The notes under the pieces were generated by a model. That model was given only the letters and a program-made list of their open reading frames with translations, searched no databases and had not been told where the DNA came from. Both the position numbers and the translations under genes were made by a program. Below, piece after piece: positions 11,384 through 25,330 of a DNA stretch of 64,000 nt. Location: positions 2,666,001-2,730,000 of the forward strand of contig OZ059897.1 of the NCBI GenBank assembly GCA_964057225.1, in the 5' to 3' direction. Each line of letters begins with the position of its first letter. Position 1 is the stretch's first letter. Source of the DNA: Auanema rhodensis. Taxonomy: Eukaryota > Animalia > Nematoda.

Positions 11384-14300
11384 TGTTCTCACTTATATCC
11401 TCGATTTTCACCCTGAAGAATTAATTTTTTCGTTGAATAACATTGTCCATCGTCTTTGCCTTGAAAAAAGAAATCTAAAAACTCCTACTTTTTGTGAAAT
11501 TATTTAGAAATTTTTCGGGAAAATTTTTGTCAAAATGTTTTTGGAAGCAATGTTGAGTGTACATGGGAACTCAACATACACTAATGCATTATTTTTCAAA
11601 CGATCATAACTAATTTTTGTATAGAGCGTTTCTCATTGTAGTATAGTGCATTCGATGCGGATTTTTAAGCTGCGTCGATCTGTGTTATCAGATTTGCGCT
11701 AGCTTAAAAATGCTCCGAGATATCAACTTATATAAGTTCACACTTATATCCTCGATTTTCACCCTGAAGAATTAATTTTTTCGTTGAATAACATTGTCCA
11801 TCGTCTTCGCCTTGAAAAAAGGAATCTAAAAACATCTACTTTTTGTGAAATTATTTAGAAATTTTTCGGGAAAATTTTTGTCAAAATGTTTTTGGAAGCA
11901 ATGTTGAGTGTACATGGGAACTCAGCATACACTAATGCATTATTTTTCAAACGATCATAACTAATTTTTGTATAGAGCGTTTCTCAATGTAGTATAGTGC
12001 ATTCGATGCGAATTTTTAAGCTGCGTTGATCTGTGTTATCTGATTTGAGTTAACTTAAAAATGCACCGAGATATCAACTGATATATGTTCACACTTATAT
12101 CCTCAATTTTCACCCTGAAGAAATGATTTTTTCGTTGAAAAACATTGTCCATCGTCTTCGTCTTGAAAAAAGGAATCTAAAAACATCTACTTTTTGTGAA
12201 ATTATTTAGAAATTTTTCGGGAAAATTTTTGTCAAAATGTTTTTGGAAGCAATGTTGAGTGCACATGGGAACTCAACATACACTAATGCATTATTTTTCA
12301 AACGATCATAACTAATTTTTGTATAGAGCGTTTCTCAATGTCGTATAGTGCATTCGATGCGAATTTTTAAGCTGCGTTGATCTGTGTTATCTGATTTGAG
12401 TTAACTTAAAAATGCACCGAGATATCAACTGATATAGGTTCACACTTATATCCTCGATTTTCACCCTGAAGAAATGATTTTTTCGTTGAAAAACATTGTC
12501 CATCGTCTTCGTCTTGAAAAAAGGAATCTAAAAACATCTACTTTTTGTGAAATTATTCAGAAATTTTTCGGGAAAATTTTTGTCAAAATGTTTTTGGAAG
12601 CAATGTTGAGTGTACATGGGAACTCAACATACACTAATGCATTATTTTTCAAACGATCATAACTAATTTTTGTATGGAGCGTTTCTCAATGTAGTATAGT
12701 GCATTCGATGCGGATTTTTAAGCTGCGTTGATCTGTGTTATCAGATTTGAGTTAGCTTAAAAATGCACCGAGATATCAACTGATATATCTTCACACTTAT
12801 ATCCTCGATTTTCACCCTGAAGAAAAGATTTTTTCGTTGAATAACATAGTCCATCGTCTTTGTCTTGAAAAAAGGAATCTAAAAACATCTACTTTTTGTG
12901 AAATTATTTAGAAATTTTTCGGGAAAATTTTTGTCAAAATGTTTTTGGAAGCAATGTTGAGTGTACATGGGAACTCAGCATACACTAATGCATTATTTTT
13001 CAAACGATCATAACTAATTTTTGTATAGAGCGTTTCTCAATGTAGTATAGTGCATTCGATGCGGATTTTTAAGCTGCGTTGATCTGTGTTATCAGATTTG
13101 AGTTAGCTTAAAAATGCACCGAGATATCAACTGATATATGTTCACACTTATATCCTCGATTTTCACCCTGAAGAAATGATTTTTTCGTTGAATAACATTG
13201 TCCATCGTTTTCGTCTTGAAAAAAGGAATCTAAAAACATCTACTTTTTGTGAAATTATTTAGAAATTTTTCGGGAAAATTTTTGTCAAAATGTTTTTGGA
13301 AGCAATGTTGAGTGTACATGGGAACTCAGCATACACTAATGCATTATTTTTCAAACGATCATAACTAATTTTTGTATAGAGCGTTTCTCAATGTAGTATA
13401 GTGCATTCGATGCGGATTTTTAAGCTGCGTCGATCTGTGTTATCAGATTTGAGGTAGCTTAAAAATGCTCCGAGATATCAACTTATATAAGTTCACACTT
13501 ATATCCTCGATTTTCACCCTGAAGAATTAATTTTTTCGTTGAATAACATTGTCCATCGTCTTCGCCTTGAAAAAAGGAATCTAAAAACATCTACTTTTTG
13601 TGAAATTATTCAGAAATTTTTCGGGAAAATTTTTGTCAAAATGTTTTTGGAAGCAATGTTGAGTGTACATGGGAACTCAGCATACACTAATGCATTATTT
13701 TTCAAACGATCATAATTAATTTTTGTATAGAGCGTTTCTCAATGTAGTATAGTGCATTCGATGCGGATTTTTAAGCTGCGTCGATCTGTGTTATCAGATT
13801 TGAGGTAGCTTAAAAATGCACCGAGATATCAACTGATATATGTTCACACTTATATCCTCAATTTTCACCCTGAAGAAATGATTTTTTCGTTGAAAAACAT
13901 TGTCCATCGTATTTGTCTTGAAAAAAGGAATCTAAAAACATCTACTTTTTGTGAAATTATTTAGAAATTTTTCGGGAAAATTTTTGTCAAAATGTTTTTG
14001 GAAGCAATGTTGAGTGCACATGGGAACTCAACATACACTAATGCATTATTTTTCAAACGATCATAACTAATTTTTGTATAGAGCGTTTTTCAATGTCGTA
14101 TAGTGCATTCGATGCGAATTTTTAAGCTGCTTTGATCTGTGTTATCTGATTTGAGTTAACTTAAAAATGCACCGAGATATCAACTGATATAGGTTCACAC
14201 TTATATCCTCGATTTTCACCCTGAAGAAATGATTTTTTCGTTGAAAAACATTGTCCATCGTCTTCGTCTTGAAAAAAGGAATCTAAAAACATCTACTTTT

Positions 14301-14449
14301 TGTGAAATTATTCAGAAATTTTTCGGGAAAATTTTTGTCAAAATGTTTTTGGAAGCAATGTTGAGTGTACATGGGAACTCAACATACACTAATGCATTAT
14401 TTTTGAAACGATCATAACTAATTTTTGTATAGAGCGTTTCTCAATGTAG

Positions 14450-17400
14450 TATAGTGCATTCGATGCGGATTTTTAAGCTGCGTCGATCTGTGTTATCAGA
14501 TTTGAGGTAGCTTAAAAATGCACCGAGATATCAACTGATATATGTTCACACTTATATCCTCAATTTTCACCCTGAAGAAATGATTTTTTCGTTGAAAAAC
14601 ATTGTCCATCGTATTCGTCTTGAAAAAAGGAATCTAAAAACATCTACTTTTTGTGAAATTATTTAGAAATTTTTCGGGAAAATTTTTGTCAAAATGTTTT
14701 TGGAAGCAATGTTGAGTGCACATGGGAACTCAACATACACTAATGCATTATTTTTCAAACGATCATAACTAATTTTTGTATAGAGCGTTTCTCAATGTCG
14801 TATAGTGCATTCGATGCGAATTTTTAAGCTGCTTTGATCTGTGTTATCTGATTTGAGTTAACTTAAAAATGCACCGAGATATCAACTGATATAGGTTCAC
14901 ACTTATATCCTCGATTTTCACCCTGAAGAAATGATTTTTTCGTTGAAAAACATTGTCCATCGTCTTCGTCTTGAAAAAAGGAATCTAAAAACATCTACTT
15001 TTTGTGAAATTATTCAGAAATTTTTCGGGAAAATTTTTGTCAAAATGTTTTTGGAAGCAATGTTGAGTGTACATGGGAACTCAACATACACTAATGCATT
15101 ATTTTTGAAACGATCATAACTAATTTTTGTATAGAGCGTTTCTTAATGTAGTATAGTGCATTCGATGCGGATTTTTAAGCTGCGTCGATCTGTGTTATCA
15201 GATTTGAGGTAGCTTAAAAATGCACCGAGATATCAACTGATATATGTTCACACTTATATCCTCAATTTTCACCCTGAAGAAATGATTTTTTCGTTGAAAA
15301 ACATTGTCCATCGTATTCGTCTTGAAAAAAGGAATCTAAAAACATCTACTTTTTGTGAAATTATTTAGAAATTTTTCGGGAAAATTTTTGTCAAAATGTT
15401 TTTGGAAGCAATGTTGAGTGCACATGGGAACTCAACATACACTAATGCATTATTTTTCAAACGATCATAACTAATTTTTGTATAGAGCGTTTCTCAATGT
15501 CGTATAGTGCATTCGATGCGAATTTTTAAGCTGCGTTGATCTGTGTTATCAGATTTGAGTTAGCTTAAAAATGCACCGAGATATCAACTGATATATGTTC
15601 ACACTTATATCCTCGATTTTCACCCTGAAGAAATGATTTTTTCGTTGAATAACATTGTCCATCGTCTTCGTCTTGAAAAAAGGAATCTAAAAACATCTAC
15701 TTTTTGTGAAATTATTTAGAAATTTTTCGGGAAAATTTTTGTCAAAATGTTTTTGGAAGCAATGTTGAGTGTACATGGGAACTCAGCATACACTAATGCA
15801 TTATTTTTCAAACGATCATAACTAATTTTTGTATAGAGCGTTTCTCAATGTAGTATAGTGCATTCGATGCGGATTTTTAAGCTGCGTCGATCTGTGTTAT
15901 CAGATTTGAGGTAGCTTAAAAATGCTCCGAGATATCAACTTATATAAGTTCACACTTATATCCTCGATTTTCACCCTGAAGAATTAATTTTTTCGTTGAA
16001 TAACATTGTCCATCGTCTTCGCCTTGAAAAAAGGAATCTAAAAACATCTACTTTTTGTGAAATTATTTAGAAATTTTTCGGGAAAATTTTTGTCAAAATG
16101 TTTTTGGAAGCAATGTTGAGTGTACATGGGAACTCAGCATACACTAATGCATTATTTTTCAAACGATCATAACTAATTTTTGTATAGAGCGTTTCTCAAT
16201 GTAGTATAGTGCATTCGATGCGAATTTTTAAGCTGCGTTGATCTGTGTTATCTGATTTGAGTTAACTTAAAAATGCACCGAGATATCAACTGATATATGT
16301 TCACACTTATATCCTCAATTTTCACCCTGAAGAAATGATTTTTTCGTTGAAAAACATTGTCCATCGTCTTCGTCTTGAAAAAAGGAATCTAAAAACATCT
16401 ACTTTTTGTGAAATTATTTAGAAATTTTTCGGGAAAATTTTTGTCAAAATGTTTTTGGAAGCAATGTTGAGTGCACATGGGAACTCAACATACACTAATG
16501 CATTATTTTTCAAACGATCATAACTAATTTTTGTATAGAGCGTTTCTCAATGTCGTATAGTGCATTCGATGCGAATTTTTAAGCTGCGTTGATCTGTGTT
16601 ATCTGATTTGAGTTAACTTAAAAATGCACCGAGATATCAACTGATATAGGTTCACACTTATATCCTCGATTTTCACCCTGAAGAAATGATTTTTTCGTTG
16701 AAAAACATTGTCCATCGTCTTCGTCTTGAAAAAAGGAATCTAAAAACATCTACTTTTTGTGAAATTATTCAGAAATTTTTCGGGAAAATTTTTGTCAAAA
16801 TGTTTTTGGAAGCAATGTTGAGTGTACATGGGAACTCAACATACACTAATGCATTATTTTTCAAACGATCATAACTAATTTTTGTATGGAGCGTTTCTCA
16901 ATGTAGTATAGTGCATTCGATGCGGATTTTTAAGCTGCGTTGATCTGTGTTATCAGATTTGAGTTAGCTTAAAAATGCACCGAGATATCAACTGATATAT
17001 GTTCACACTTATATCCTCGATTTTCACCCTGAAGAAATGATTTTTTCGTTGAATAACATTGTCCATCGTCTTAGTCTTGAAAAAAGGAATCTAAAAACAT
17101 CTAGTTTTTGTGAAATTATTTAGAAATTTTTCGGGAAAATTTTTGTCAAAATGTTTTTGGAAGCAATGTTGAGTGTACATGGGAACTCAGCATACACTAA
17201 TGCATTATTTTTCAAACGATCATAACTAATTTTTGTATAGAGCGTTTCTCAATGTAGTATAGTGCTGTCGATGCGGATTTTTAAGCTGCGTTGATCTGTG
17301 TTATCAGATTTGAGTTAGCTTAAAAATGCACCGAGATATCAACTGATATATGTTCACGCTTATATCCTCGATTTTCACCCTGAAGAAATGATTTTTTCGT

Positions 17401-20400
17401 TGAAAAACATTGTCCATCGTCTTCGTCTTGAAAAAAGGAATCTAAAAACATCTACTTTTTGTGAAATTATTCAGAAATTTTTCGGGAAAATTTTTGTCAA
17501 AATATTTTTGGAAGCAATGTTGAGTGTACATGGGAACTCAACATACACTAATGCATTATTTTTGAAACGATCATAACTAATTTTTGTATAGAGCGTTTCT
17601 TAATGTAGTATAGTGCATTCGATGCGGATTTTTAAGCTGCGTCGATCTGTGTTATCAGATTTGAGGTAGCTTAAAAATGCACCGAGATATCAACTGATAT
17701 ATGTTCACACTTATATCCTCAATTTTCACCCTGAAGAAATGATTTTTTCGTTGAAAAACATTGTCCATCGTCTTCGTCTTGAAAAAAGGAATCTAAAAAC
17801 ATCTACTTTTTGTGAAATTATTCAGAAATTTTTCGGGAAAATTTTTGTCAAAATGTTTTTGGAAGCAATGTTGAGTGTACATGGGAACTCAACATACACT
17901 AATGCATTATTTTTCAAACGATCATAACTAATTTTTGTATAGAGCGTTTCTCAATGTCGTATAGTGCATTCGATGCGGATTTTTAAGCTGCGTCGATCTG
18001 TGTTATCAGATTTGAGGTAGCTTAAAAATGCACCGAGATATCAACTGATATATGTTCACACTTATATCCTCAATTTTCACCCTGAAGAAATGATTTTTTC
18101 GTTGAATAACATTGTCCATCGTATTCGTCTTGAAAAAAGGAATCTAAAAACATCTACTTTTTGTGAAATTATTTAGAAATTTTTCGGGAAAATTTTTGTC
18201 AAAATGTTTTTGGAAGCAATGTTGAGTGCACATGGGAACTCAACATACACTAATGCATTATTTTTCAAACGATCATAACTAATTTTTGTATAGAGCGTTT
18301 CTCAATGTCGTATAGTGCATTCGATGCGAATTTTTAAGCTGCTTTGATCTGTGTTATCTGATTTGAGTTAACTTAAAAATGCACCGAGATATCAACTGAT
18401 ATAGGTTCACACTTATATCCTCGATTTTCACCCTGAAGAAATGATTTTTTCGTTGAAAAACATTGTCCATCGTCTTCGTCTTGAAAAAAGGAATCTAAAA
18501 ACATCTACTTTTTGTGAAATTATTCAGAAATTTTTCGGGAAAATTTTTGTCAAAATGTTTTTGGAAGCAATGTTGAGTGTACATGGGAACTCAACATACA
18601 CTAATGCATTATTTTTGAAACGATCATAACTAATTTTTGTATAGAGCGTTTCTTAATGTAGTATAGTGCATTCGATGCGGATTTTTAAGCTGCGTCGATC
18701 TGTGTTATCAGATTTGAGGTAGCTTAAAAATGCACCGAGATATCAACTGATATATGTTCACACTTATATCCTCAATTTTCACCCTGAAGAAATGATTTTT
18801 TCGTTGAAAAACATTGTCCATCGTATTCGTCTTGAAAAAAGGAATCTAAAAACATCTACTTTTTGTGAAATTATTTAGAAATTTTTCGGGAAAATTTTTG
18901 TCAAAATGTTTTTGGAAGCAATGTTGAGTGCACATGGGAACTCAACATACACTAATGCATTATTTTTCAAACGATCATAACTAATTTTTGTATAGAGCGT
19001 TTCTCAATGTCGTATAGTGCATTCGATGCGAATTTTTAAGCTGCGTTGATCTGTGTTATCAGATTTGAGTTAGCTTAAAAATGCACCGAGATATCAACTG
19101 ATATATGTTCACACTTATATCCTCGATTTTCACCCTGAAGAAATGATTTTTTCGTTGAATAACATTGTCCATCGTCTTCGTCTTGAAAAAAGGAATCTAA
19201 AAACATCTACTTTTTGTGAAATTATTTAGAAATTTTTCGGGAAAATTTTTGTCAAAATGTTTTTGGAAGCAATGTTGAGTGTACATGGGAACTCAGCATA
19301 CACTAATGCATTATTTTTCAAACGATCATAACTAATTTTTGTATAGAGCGTTTCTCAATGTAGTATAGTGCATTCGATGCGGATTTTTAAGCTGCGTCGA
19401 TCTGTGTTATCAGATTTGAGGTAGCTTAAAAATGCTCCGAGATATCAACTTATATAAGTTCACACTTATATCCTCGATTTTCACCCTGAAGAATTAATTT
19501 TTTCGTTGAATAACATTGTACATCGTCTTCGCCTTGAAAAAAGGAATCTAAAAACATCTACTTTTTGTGAAATTATTTAGAAATTTTTCGGGAAAATTTT
19601 TGTCAAAATGTTTTTGGAAGCAATGTTGAGTGTACATGGGAACTCAGCATACACTAATGCATTATTTTTCAAACGATCATAACTAATTTTTGTATAGAGC
19701 GTTTCTCAATGTAGTATAGTGCATTCGATGCGAATTTTTAAGCTGCGTTGATCTGTGTTATCTGATTTGAGTTAACTTAAAAATGCACCGAGATATCAAC
19801 TGATATATGTTCACACTTATATCCTCAATTTTCACCCTGAAGAAATGATTTTTTCGTTGAAAAACATTGTCCATCGTCTTCGTCTTGAAAAAAGGAATCT
19901 AAAAACATCTACTTTTTGTGAAATTATTTAGAAATTTTTCGGGAAAATTTTTGTCAAAATGTTTTTGGAAGCAATGTTGAGTGCACATGGGAACTCAACA
20001 TACACTAATGCATTATTTTTCAAACGATCATAACTAATTTTTGTATAGAGCGTTTCTCAATGTCGTATAGTGCATTCGATGCGAATTTTTAAGCTGCGTT
20101 GATCTGTGTTATCTGATTTGAGTTAACTTAAAAATGCACCGAGATATCAACTGATATAGGTTCACACTTATATCCTCGATTTTCACCCTGAAGAAATGAT
20201 TTTTTCGTTGAAAAACATTGTCCATCGTCTTCGTCTTGAAAAAAGGAATCTAAAAACATCTACTTTTTGTGAAATTATTCAGAAATTTTTCGGGAAAATT
20301 TTTGTCAAAATGTTTTTGGAAGCAATGTTGAGTGTACATGGGAACTCAACATACACTAATGCATTATTTTTCAAACGATCATAACTAATTTTTGTATGGA

Positions 20401-20888
20401 GCATTTCTCAATGTAGTATAGTGCATTCGATGCGGATTTTTAAGCTGCGTTGATCTGTGTTATCAGATTTGAGTTAGCTTAAAAATGCACCGAGATATCA
20501 ACTGATATATGTTCACACTTATATCCTCGATTTTCACCCTGAAGAAATGATTTTTTCGTTGAATAACATTGTCCATCGTCTTAGTCTTGAAAAAAGGAAT
20601 CTAAAAACATCTAGTTTTTGTGAAATTATTTAGAAATTTTTCGGGAAAATTTTTGTCAAAATGTTTTTGGAAGCAATGTTGAGTGTACATGGGAACTCAG
20701 CATACACTAATGCATTATTTTTCAAACGATCATAACTAATTTTTGTATAGAGCGTTTCTCAATGTAGTATAGTGCTGTCGATGCGGATTTTTAAGCTGCG
20801 TTGATCTGTGTTATCAGATTTGAGTTAGCTTAAAAATGCACCGAGATATCAACTGATATATGTTCACGCTTATATCCTCGATTTTCAC
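14450..20888. repeat. Block duplication at 10-monomer (3510-bp) offset
   Basis: CTAGTTTTTG at 17101 and 20611; GCTTTGATC near 14831 and 18341; ORFs 14931->18441 and 16686->20196. Confidence 0.85.
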
Positions 20889-21399
20889 ACTGAAGAAATG
20901 ATTTTTTCGTTGAATAACATTGTCCATCGTCTTTGTCTTGAAAAAAGGAATCTAAAAACATCTACTTTTTGTGAAATTATTTAGAAATTTTTCGGGAAAA
21001 TTTTTGTCAAAATGTTTTTGGAAGCAATGTTGAGTGTACATGGGAACTCAGCATACACTAATGCATTATTTTTCAAACGATCATAACTAATTTTTGTATA
21101 GAGCGTTTCTCAATGTAGTATAGTGCATTCGATGCGGATTTTTAAGCTGCGTTGATCTGTGTTATCAGATTTGAGTTAACTTAAAAATGCACCGAGATAT
21201 CAACTGATATATGTTCACACTTATATCCTCGATTTTCACCCTGAAGAAATGATTTTTTCGTTGAAAAACATTGTCCATCGTATTCGTCTTGAAAAAAGGA
21301 ATCTAAAAACATCTACTTTTTGTGAAATTATTCAGAAATTTTTCGGGAAAATTTTTGTCAAAATGTTTTTGGAAGCAATGTTGAGTGTACATGGGAACT

Positions 21400-24300
21400 C
21401 AACATACACTAATGCATTATTTTTGAAACGATCATAACTAATTTTTGTATAGAGCGTTTCTTAATGTAGTATAGTGCATTCGATGCGGATTTTTAAGCTG
21501 CGTCGATCTGTGTTATCAGATTTGAGGTAGCTTAAAAATGCACCGAGATATCAACTGATATATGTTCACACTTATATCCTCAATTTTCACCCTGAAGAAA
21601 TGATTTTTTCGTTGAATAACATTGTCCATCGTCTTAGTCTTGAAAAAAGGAATCTAAAAACATCTACTTTTTGTGAAATTATTTAGAAATTTTTCGGGAA
21701 AATTTTTGTCAAAATGTTTTTGGAAGCAATGTTGAGTGCACATGGGAACTCAACATACACTAATGCATTATTTTTCAAACGATCATAACTAATTTTTGTA
21801 TAGAGCTTTTCTCAATGTCGTATAGTGCATTCGATGCAAATTTTTAAGCTGCGTTGATCTGTGTTATCAGATTTGAGTTAGCTTAAAAATGCACCGAGAT
21901 ATCAACTGATATATGTTCACACTTATATCCTCGATTTTCACCCTGAAGAAATGATTTTTTCGTTGAATAACATTGTCCATCGTCTTCGTCTTGAAAAAAG
22001 GAATCTAAAAACATCTACTTTTTGTGAAATTATTTAGAAATTTTTCGGGAAAATTTTTGTCAAAATGTTTTTGGAAGCAATGTTGAGTGTACATGGGAAC
22101 TCAGCATACACTAATGCATTATTTTTCAAACGATCATAACTAATTTTTGTATAGAGCGTTTCTCAATGTAGTATAGTGCATTCGATGCGGATTTTTAAGC
22201 TGCGTCGATCTGTGTTATCAGATTTGAGGTAGCTTAAAAATGCTCCGAGATATCAACTTATATAAGTTCACACTTATATCCTCGATTTTCACCCTGAAGA
22301 ATTAATTTTTTCGTTGAATAACATTGTCCATCGTCTTCGCCTTGAAAAAAGGAATCTAAAAACATCTACTTTTTGTGAAATTATTTAGAAATTTTTCGGG
22401 AAAATTTTTGTCAAAATGTTTTTGGAAGCAATGTTGAGTGTACATGGGAACTCAGCATACACTAATGCATTATTTTTCAAACGATCATAACTAATTTTTG
22501 TATAGAGCGTTTCTCAATGTAGTATAGTGCATTCGATGCGAATTTTTAAGCTGCGTTGATCTGTGTTATCTGATTTGAGTTAACTTAAAAATGCACCGAG
22601 ATATCAACTGATATATGTTCACACTTATATCCTCAATTTTCACCCTGAAGAAATGATTTTTTCGTTGAAAAACATTGTCCATCGTCTTCGTCTTGAAAAA
22701 AGGAATCTAAAAACATCTACTTTTTGTGAAATTATTTAGAAATTTTTCGGGAAAATTTTTGTCAAAATGTTTTTGGAAGCAATGTTGAGTGCACATGGGA
22801 ACTCAACATACACTAATGCATTATTTTTGAAACGATCATAACTAATTTTTGTATAGAGCGTTTCTTAATGTAGTATAGTGCATTCGATGCGGATTTTTAA
22901 GCTGCGTCGATCTGTGTTATCAGATTTGAGGTAGCTTAAAAATGCACCGAGATATCAACTGATATATGTTCACACTTATATCCTCAATTTTCACCCTGAA
23001 GAAATGATTTTTTCGTTGAATAACATTGTCCATCGTCTTAGTCTTGAAAAAAGGAATCTAAAAACATCTACTTTTTGTGAAATTATTTAGAAATTTTTCG
23101 GGAAAATTTTTGTCAAAATGTTTTTGGAAGCAATGTTGAGTGCACATGGGAACTCAACATACACTAATGCATTATTTTTCAAACGATCATAACTAATTTT
23201 TGTATAGAGCTTTTCTCAATGTCGTATAGTGCATTCGATGCAAATTTTTAAGCTGCGTTGATCTGTGTTATCAGATTTGAGTTAGCTTAAAAATGCACCG
23301 AGATATCAACTGATATATGTTCACACTTATATCCTCGATTTTCACCCTGAAGAAATGATTTTTTCGTTGAATAACATTGTCCATCGTCTTCGTCTTGAAA
23401 AAAGGAATCTAAAAACATCTACTTTTTGTGAAATTATTTAGAAATTTTTCGGGAAAATTTTTGTCAAAATGTTTTTGGAAGCAATGTTGAGTGTACATGG
23501 GAACTCAGCATACACTAATGCATTATTTTTCAAACGATCATAACTAATTTTTGTATAGAGCGTTTCTCAATGTAGTATAGTGCATTCGATGCGGATTTTT
23601 AAGCTGCGTCGATCTGTGTTATCAGATTTGAGGTAGCTTAAAAATGCTCCGAGATATCAACTTATATAAGTTCACACTTATATCCTCGATTTTCACCCTG
23701 AAGAATTAATTTTTTCGTTGAATAACATTGTCCATCGTCTTCGCCTTGAAAAAAGGAATCTAAAAACATCTACTTTTTGTGAAATTATTTAGAAATTTTT
23801 CGGGAAAATTTTTGTCAAAATGTTTTTGGAAGCAATGTTGAGTGTACATGGGAACTCAGCATACACTAATGCATTATTTTTCAAACGATCATAACTAATT
23901 TTTGTATAGAGCGTTTCTCAATGTAGTATAGTGCATTCGATGCGAATTTTTAAGCTGCGTTGATCTGTGTTATCTGATTTGAGTTAACTTAAAAATGCAC
24001 CGAGATATCAACTGATATATGTTCACACTTATATCCTCAATTTTCACCCTGAAGAAATGATTTTTTCGTTGAAAAACATTGTCCATCGTCTTCGTCTTGA
24101 AAAAAGGAATCTAAAAACATCTACTTTTTGTGAAATTATTTAGAAATTTTTCGGGAAAATTTTTGTCAAAATGTTTTTGGAAGCAATGTTGAGTGCACAT
24201 GGGAACTCAACATACACTAATGCATTATTTTTCAAACGATCATAACTAATTTTTGTATAGAGCTTTTCTCAATGTCGTATAGTGCATTCGATGCAAATTT

Positions 24301-25330
24301 TTAAGCTGCGTTGATCTGTGTTATCAGATTTGAGTTAGCTTAAAAATGCACCGAGATATCAACTGATATATGTTCACACTTATATCCTCGATTTTCACCC
24401 TGAAGAAATGATTTTTTCGTTGAATAACATTGTCCATCGTCTTCGTCTTGAAAAAAGGAATCTAAAAACATCTACTTTTTGTGAAATTATTTAGAAATTT
24501 TTCGGGAAAATTTTTGTCAAAATGTTTTTGGAAGCAATGTTGAGTGTACATGGGAACTCAGCATACACTAATGCATTATTTTTCAAACGATCATAACTAA
24601 TTTTTGTATAGAGCGTTTCTCAATGTAGTATAGTGCATTCGATGCGGATTTTTAAGCTGCGTCGATCTGTGTTATCAGATTTGAGGTAGCTTAAAAATGC
24701 TCCGAGATATCAACTTATATAAGTTCACACTTATATCCTCGATTTTCACCCTGAAGAATTAATTTTTTCGTTGAATAACATTGTCCATCGTCTTCGCCTT
24801 GAAAAAAGGAATCTAAAAACATCTACTTTTTGTGAAATTATTTAGAAATTTTTCGGGAAAATTTTTGTCAAAATGTTTTTGGAAGCAATGTTGAGTGTAC
24901 ATGGGAACTCAGCATACACTAATGCATTATTTTTCAAACGATCATAACTAATTTTTGTATAGAGCGTTTCTCAATGTAGTATAGTGCATTCGATGCGAAT
25001 TTTTAAGCTGCGTTGATCTGTGTTATCTGATTTGAGTTAACTTAAAAATGCACCGAGATATCAACTGATATATGTTCACACTTATATCCTCAATTTTCAC
25101 CCTGAAGAAATGATTTTTTCGTTGAAAAACATTGTCCATCGTCTTCGTCTTGAAAAAAGGAATCTAAAAACATCTACTTTTTGTGAAATTATTTAGAAAT
25201 TTTTCGGGAAAATTTTTGTCAAAATGTTTTTGGAAGCAATGTTGAGTGCACATGGGAACTCAACATACACTAATGCATTATTTTTCAAACGATCATAACT
25301 AATTTTTGTATAGAGCGTTTCTCAATGTCG
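21400..25330. repeat. Local 4-mer then 3-mer higher-order units
   Basis: Linked rare marker GAGCTTTTCTC...GATGCAAATT near 21803, 23207 and 24260 (spacings 1404 and 1053). Confidence 0.8.
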